Shown here piece after piece: positions 38,488-44,385 of a stretch of DNA of 44,385 nt. Source of the stretch: Octopus bimaculoides (Eukaryota); the NCBI RefSeq assembly GCF_001194135.2, contig NC_068986.1, positions 67,004,085-67,048,469 of the forward strand. Reading direction: 5' to 3'. Numbering within the stretch: the stretch's first letter is position 1; every line of letters begins with the position of its first letter. The translations under genes and the position numbers were made by a program. A model generated the notes under the pieces. It was not told the DNA's origin and ran no database searches. It worked only from the letters and a program-made list of their open reading frames with translations.

Positions 38488-38676
38488 AACTGCAGCTGTG
38501 GTATTAGTCAAAAAACATAAAAACAACATTAAAAAGGAAATGCACAAAGAAACAAGGAAGAAAAAGAAACAGATTTAACATTTCTGCAACGATATTGTTC
38601 TGAGGCAGCGATGCATTAAACGTGATCTATAGCAATCCGACAAGTGAATCACTACAGCCAAATGTTAAACAGTAAA

Positions 38677-38745
<69 letters not shown>

Positions 38746-39399
38746 CATAATGAGTGGTAGTAGTTGTTGTAGGAAACAATAATAATATCAAAATCAGCAA
38801 CGGTAAAACAAATTTACTAGTCCAAGAAAAATAGTGCCTAAAAGTTCCTTTTCCGTTTCTCCACCAGCTCTTGCATACACAATACACAAATGTATTACAT
38901 ATATTTACGGTAATAGCATGTGTAATATTTGAATCAATTCAAAATGCATCTACAACAAGAAGGAAAAAAGGCGAAAGGCAACACACAAGTTTTTTTTTTA
39001 ATATTCGATAATGGAAACTTCCTGCTACATTCTTCGTAATATACTAGGTAGATAGCATTTTAACTAAAATATTACTGAGGCAGAAGAGAGTTGCAGTCGA
39101 CCAAGACGATAGGGTATTAAACTTCCCAGTCGATAGGGTACTTTATCTATGGCCAGCACACTCAAGTCACACTGGATTAATTCAACATATGTATAGCTAT
39201 ATAGAAGTTAATGCTAGCAGGCAAGACGTATTATGTGCGTGTGCGCATGCCTGTGTGTTTGTTTGTGTGTATGTGTAAACATTCAAGAAGCAAAAGAAAT
39301 GAACAGGAAACGAAAAAAACCTGGCGACGGACTGTGTCATACAACTAAATGAAAGATGACATATCACACGACAAAAGCACTTGAGGATAGAACAACTGG

Positions 39400-39545
39400 G
39401 TAGTTTCTATGTAGTCACTTGACAAGCTAGAAACAGTAGCCAAATCTTCTTCAAATCACACCACATTCATCTCCCTAGGACACATTAGGTATGTTTAGAG
39501 CTGATATCTATAGTAGAGATGGTTATTGCTGGAATGTTTGATAAG
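39400..39545. repeat. Dispersed SINE-like repeat fragment (related to 6535-6615)
   Basis: GTAGTCACTTGACAAGCTAGAAACAGTAGCCAAATCTTCTTCAAATCACACC. Confidence 0.4.
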
Positions 39546-39768
39546 TAACATTCGTGATGATTGCAGCAATAACAACATAAGAAATAAGAGCGTCTTGTCA
39601 TCTATATTTACCGCAATATACATTTCGTAATTCATTCAAAAATATTTATACATTGCACAAATTTACGGAAGTATATTCATATCTTGCCTTGGAATGGGGT
39701 CAAGCATTTAGGAGAATGACACAAAAAATATTATTGTGATAACCATGAAGAGACTTCAAACTTTAGTG

Positions 39769-39769
<1 letters not shown>

Positions 39770-39845
<76 letters not shown>
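39770..39845. repeat. (TATC)n microsatellite
   Basis: Direct reading of the sequence. Confidence 0.95.
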
Positions 39846-39846
<1 letters not shown>

Positions 39847-39944
39847 GCCATCTGCCAATCTATCTCTGTCTGTCTATGAATCTATTAATGTGTATGTGTG
39901 TGTGTATTTGTTTGAGCGTGTGTGTGTCTGTGTTTGTGTCAGTC

Positions 39945-40085
39945 CTGCACCACTGGGGTTGGTTTCTTTACATCCCTGTAACCTATCATATCGTCAAAAA
40001 AGGAGCCGATAGAATAAGTCTTAAAAATAAGTACTGGCGTCGATTTGTTCAGTTAAACTTCAAGATAGTGTCCCAGTAAGATAAC
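39945..40085 (+). mobile_element. tRNA-derived SINE 3' part
   Basis: TTTACATCCCTGTAAC..CCGATAGAATAAGT..GTCGATTTGTTC is the reverse orientation of the family 3' body. Confidence 0.7.
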
Positions 40086-40098
40086 CGATTATGTGTGT

Positions 40099-40139
<41 letters not shown>

Positions 40140-40155
40140 TATGTTTGTGTGTGTT

Positions 40156-40186
<31 letters not shown>

Positions 40187-40329
40187 CTGTGTGTGAGTGT
40201 TTGTTTATGCGTCCATATAAATCGTATGTATGCCCCAGATGAAGTAAGCATTCACAACTCTTCTTAAACGTTGCAGTCGGAGCGAAAGCCATTGAACCTT
40301 TTCCACTCTTCAAAAATTAGTTAATTCTG

Positions 40330-40515
40330 TACGAGGGTGGGCTGATAAGTTCATAAGCTTTTTTATGAAGGAGTGATGCAAGAGCTGTGAAATTTTGCAA
40401 AATTGGTACCTTAATTCGAAGGGGAAGGGAGAGTCTTGAAAATGGTCCAAGGTCTGGACGACCTGCAACTGCCACCATTGAAGAAAACAATGATCGTGTT
40501 CAGCACACGGGATTG
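40330..40515 (+). mobile_element. Mariner-like 5' fragment
   Basis: Starts TACGAGGGTGGGCTGATAAGTTC. Encodes RRGRESLENGPRSGRPATATIEENNDRV, typical of the mariner N-terminal region. A weak right TIR may lie at ~40890-40910. Confidence 0.75.
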
Positions 40516-40574
40516 TCTTCCCCTTCAGATGAAGAAAACACTCAAATCCAAATGAATTACTGGCTCCGTACATG

Positions 40575-40618
40575 ATATTAATGCGGTACAGAGAGCGCTC
40601 TCTGTACCGCATTAATAT
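40575..40618. repeat. Perfect 44-bp palindrome with no spacer
   Basis: ATATTAATGCGGTACAGAGAGC|GCTCTCTGTACCGCATTAATAT. Confidence 0.97.
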
Positions 40619-43600
40619 GTCGTTTATACATACTCAAACATCCTGGAGGGCTTCCCCGCAAAACTCTGTTGTTAGTTGAGATGGTATTAGCCACAGGTGT
40701 TTGTTCATTGTCTGTTATATATTTATCACTGTAATGGCTTCTATTTTTCTAATGTTAGTTACATACTACGTGCCTTCCTCGCTCAAAATTCTCGCTGTAC
40801 AACCTCTTCTCACTCCTTTATACTTTCTAGATCTCCCTTCAAAACACTGTACAAAACACCTTGTTCATATTTCCTCTTCAGCATTACGGACATAATGAAC
40901 TCACCCACCGCCATTGTTTTGTTTCCTACAGGATATGAAAATTTTTGCTGAATTTCAACTATTTTGACTTCAAAAAATTAAATGGGTGCAGCAAATTTCA
41001 TTAGCATCTCGGGCTGAATTATAAATAATAAAAATATCTGTGCTACCAACGTCTTGTTACTATATGTTTTCATATATCTAAAGAATTACTCTCATATGTT
41101 TATTATGTAGTTTTGCTTTTCTAAATGCACGGGCATATACACATATGTATGTGTATAGTTGTAGGTGTGACTCGAAACTCTAAGTAACGAGATTGATTGA
41201 AACTAAAAGTTTGATTGAAACTTTTAGTTTTAAATGATTTTTGTTACGTATATANNNNNNNNNNNNNNNNNNNNNNNNNNNNNNATATATATATATATAT
41301 ATACATATGAATATAAACATGAATATATATGAATATACGTATTTTTATATTTAAAAATATAAATCACTATGCCTAAGACACAACCTCTGTATATACATAT
41401 GTGTGCGTGTGTGGTGGGGTGTGTGATTGAGTGTGTGTGCATGAGTGTGCGCATGTATGCATATGTGTGTGTATGTTTTTATATTTACAACATATAATAA
41501 TTAATTTTGGGAGAATGAATACTAATATGATTTGATATATTTTAGCATTTATGAAAGCAACACAAAGGACTCTACAAAATACTATATAATCTATTGAAAA
41601 TCCTTTCGATGAGAAAGCTTACTTGCATTTATCTGATTAAATATGTCAATTCTTCAGCCAATTTCCGCTAGTCGAATTCAGTTAATGTGTCTTGTCTTTC
41701 TCAAAGAATTTACGCATTCATCAACTTTCATTTCATTTCTTTGTCTCTCTCCCACCTCTCTCTATCTTACGCTTCATCTTATTTTTTCACAATCTACTCA
41801 TATCCCTCCATTCATCCATCCACCACACTCACTGTCTATCTCTTTCTCTCTGTTTACCTACCCACCTGTCTGTCTTACAGTCTGCATATCAATCCAAATA
41901 CCTACCTCTCTATCTTTCTGTCTCTCAATATCCATCTATCCATATCTAAAATAATCACCGAACTGGTTTGTCTTTATTCTCAGTCTCTGATTACTTTTGT
42001 TCAATAAAATGTTCAACTGAATCAACTATTAAAAACGTCTCGACTGCTTGTTAAGGTAAGTCTATACAAGATTTTTTTTCTGTCTCCTCGCCTATAATGA
42101 ATTGTTGACGTCATTCAAGTATTGTTTCAATTTATGAGACATAAACTATCGAAGCTAGGCAGCAGCTTATCTCTGCTTTGTTCATTAGTATGGCAGACAA
42201 GTATAGTTAAGTGTTAACCGTGTCACTTGTGAAGGAAATTGTATAATTATATATATAAAAGCGCATCTTATTGCGGCGTAAAAGGCTTTCTGTATTAAAA
42301 CTTAAATGAAATAATGAGAGATAGATAGGTAAGCTGAGAGAAAGAGAAACGTAGAGAGGAGTAGAAATAGGAAGGATGTGTGCATCTGTTATAATTGAGT
42401 ACTATTCAAACGCCTTTGTTACATTTTACGTTAGCCCCAATATAACCTGGTCTGTTGTTTGTGAGCCACTGATAAACTCGTCATTATCTAATGTGGTCAT
42501 TAACTATTTGCAGCTAACTGTAAGTTGTTCCCACTATGAGATGCATGCTTAAAGTCGGTTGGTATTAGCCATTTGCGAATAAATGTTATGACTACAGACG
42601 CAACACTATTGATAACATAGAAACCACCAACATCTCGAGAGGGTGGTCCTGTAATCTAATTAGATATATGCCTTTAGTTAGCGGCACTTCAAAATTTGCC
42701 AGGAGTTCGATCAAAAAGGACGTTATATTTATATTGTTTTACGAAACAAAATTTAAATCTGGTAAATACTTAATCTTGCAAACCAAACTACGTCATATTT
42801 AATAAACCCTTTTCCATAACCGAATCAGAGTTCAGTTTAACATAACACCTTAAAATCATATCACGAAAGAGCTCATTATATATCCATAAGATAACAGCAA
42901 AACGAGATGAGAGTACAGCGTTGTAATAGATTTCTTTACAAATTTCTTGGTTCGGCAGTAAAAAACACTAAAATTGTAAGGATTCAAAGAAGGTTAGCAT
43001 GGCCACTTCCTAAAATGATACACAAATTCGTAAAGCATAATTTACTTTTAATCAAGGCGATGCTCCAGTAAAGCCACACTCAATATATAAAACAAGTAAA
43101 GAATAAGTTTATTACCTCACCGTTTTGATTTCAAATGTACCCGAGGTTAATTTCAATTGCGTTTTAACACGACCTAATTGTAAAAGACAATGTACACTGA
43201 TATGTGTTGTCATAAAATAATAACACATGTGCCTATTAATTTAAAACACTCATATAGAGAGAGTAACCATTGCTAAAAAAGAATAATCACTATCCGATTG
43301 CCGGTGAAATCAGGCACAGCAGAGTTTTCACATATTCAATAAAGCTTATAGTGTCATGGAATTGTTTCAAGCATATTTATTTTTATCTTATATTATTTGA
43401 TTTAATAAATTTGAAACTGCCCTTTTTATGCATTTCTCTTGAGCATAGTTGATTACTTTTCTCTGGCTATGTGTGTGTGTATGTGTTCACACGCATATAT
43501 ATGCACATATATATATGTGTATGTGTATATATATGAATGTATGTCGATATGTATGAGTATATATATATATATTTGTAATGAGACAAAATAAAGCAAGCAT

Positions 43601-43835
43601 AGAGCGGTTTCTAGGTCATGAGAGTAAAATCGGAGAATAATAATTTCCCATTCTCTTCCTAAAAGCAACACAAATGGTCCTAGTGGTGGACCCTTTAGCC
43701 AGAATTTAGATAGTGCAGAAAGAAAACAAGCTGCTTTGAAGTCCACGATATTGTTATCGGTAACGCCGCTTCGGAATAAATAATTTACGGATACCATAGG
43801 AATAACAGTTTTGGACTATATATATNNNNNNNNNN

Positions 43836-44015
43836 TCTTTAACTTGTTTCAGTCATTTGACTGCGGCCATGCTGGAGCACAGCCTCGAAGGGTTTTAGGA
43901 CTTATTTTAAAGCCTAGTACTGATTCTATTGGCCTCTTTGCTGAACCGCCTGTTTACGGAGGTGTAAGCACACCAACACCACTTGTCAAACTGTGACGAG
44001 GAGAACAAACATAGA
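43836..44015 (-). mobile_element. tRNA-derived SINE 3' part
   Basis: TTGTTTCAGTCATTTGACTGCGGCCATGCTGGAGCAC..AAGCCTAGTACT..GCTGAACCGC. Confidence 0.85.
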
Positions 44016-44090
44016 CATACGTGTGTATGTATTTGTGTATGTATGTATTTTATGTATACGTGCATGTATGTATGTATGTATGTATGTATG

Positions 44091-44123
<33 letters not shown>

Positions 44124-44385
44124 CACACACCTCACACAAATAACAAGCCATCAGCACCAACAAAAACAGCAACACAACCACTCACACAAGCACACACAGA
44201 CGCTCACGATTTGCCCCTACCCCCTTCCGATTCCTCAGAACCTTCGTCGGAAGATGAAAGTAATGAGGAATGGCAAATAGCCCAGAAAGGAAGGAGGAAG
44301 AGGAGCAAGAAAAGAAAAGCAAACACAAACAAAGCAGGGAGATACACAACTCCCGAAAACACTCCAGACACCAACACAAGCACAC
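44124..44385 (+). other. Stop-free frame running off the window end; possible non-LTR ORF1-like N-terminus or host exon
   Basis: HTPHTNNKPSAPTKTATQPLTQAHTDAHDLPLPPSDSSEPSSEDESNEEWQIAQKGRRKRSKKRKANTNKAGRYTTPENTPDTNTST. Confidence 0.35.

Noticed and set aside
43620-43800. Frames open on both strands (DFKAACFLSALSKFWLKGPPLGPF and its antisense)
   Set aside because: No family motif recognised and no supported splice sites.

Overview
AT-rich, repeat-saturated metazoan DNA with about 15 N-gaps and dense microsatellites. The SINE and microsatellite profile resembles octopus, which is an inference from the repeats only. No intact host gene can be supported. The recognisable content is decayed transposons: 8 Penelope-like element (PLE) fragments carrying RT and/or GIY-YIG motifs from at least 3 lineages, 2 RTE-type LINE remnants, a Helitron helicase C-terminus, 2 mariner remnants and 7 pieces of one tRNA-derived SINE family. 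The most notable structure is a 5'-truncated PLE (20737-22095) bracketed by ~200-bp inverted repeats. Each arm contains a minimal type I hammerhead ribozyme (HHR) with an intact core and three spaced TGACCGTTA motifs. Two other PLEs show a similar inverted architecture, a stand-alone HHR motif lies at ~36950, and a perfect 44-bp palindrome lies at 40575-40618. All calls come from manual reading and translation. No searches or alignments were run, and element boundaries are approximate.
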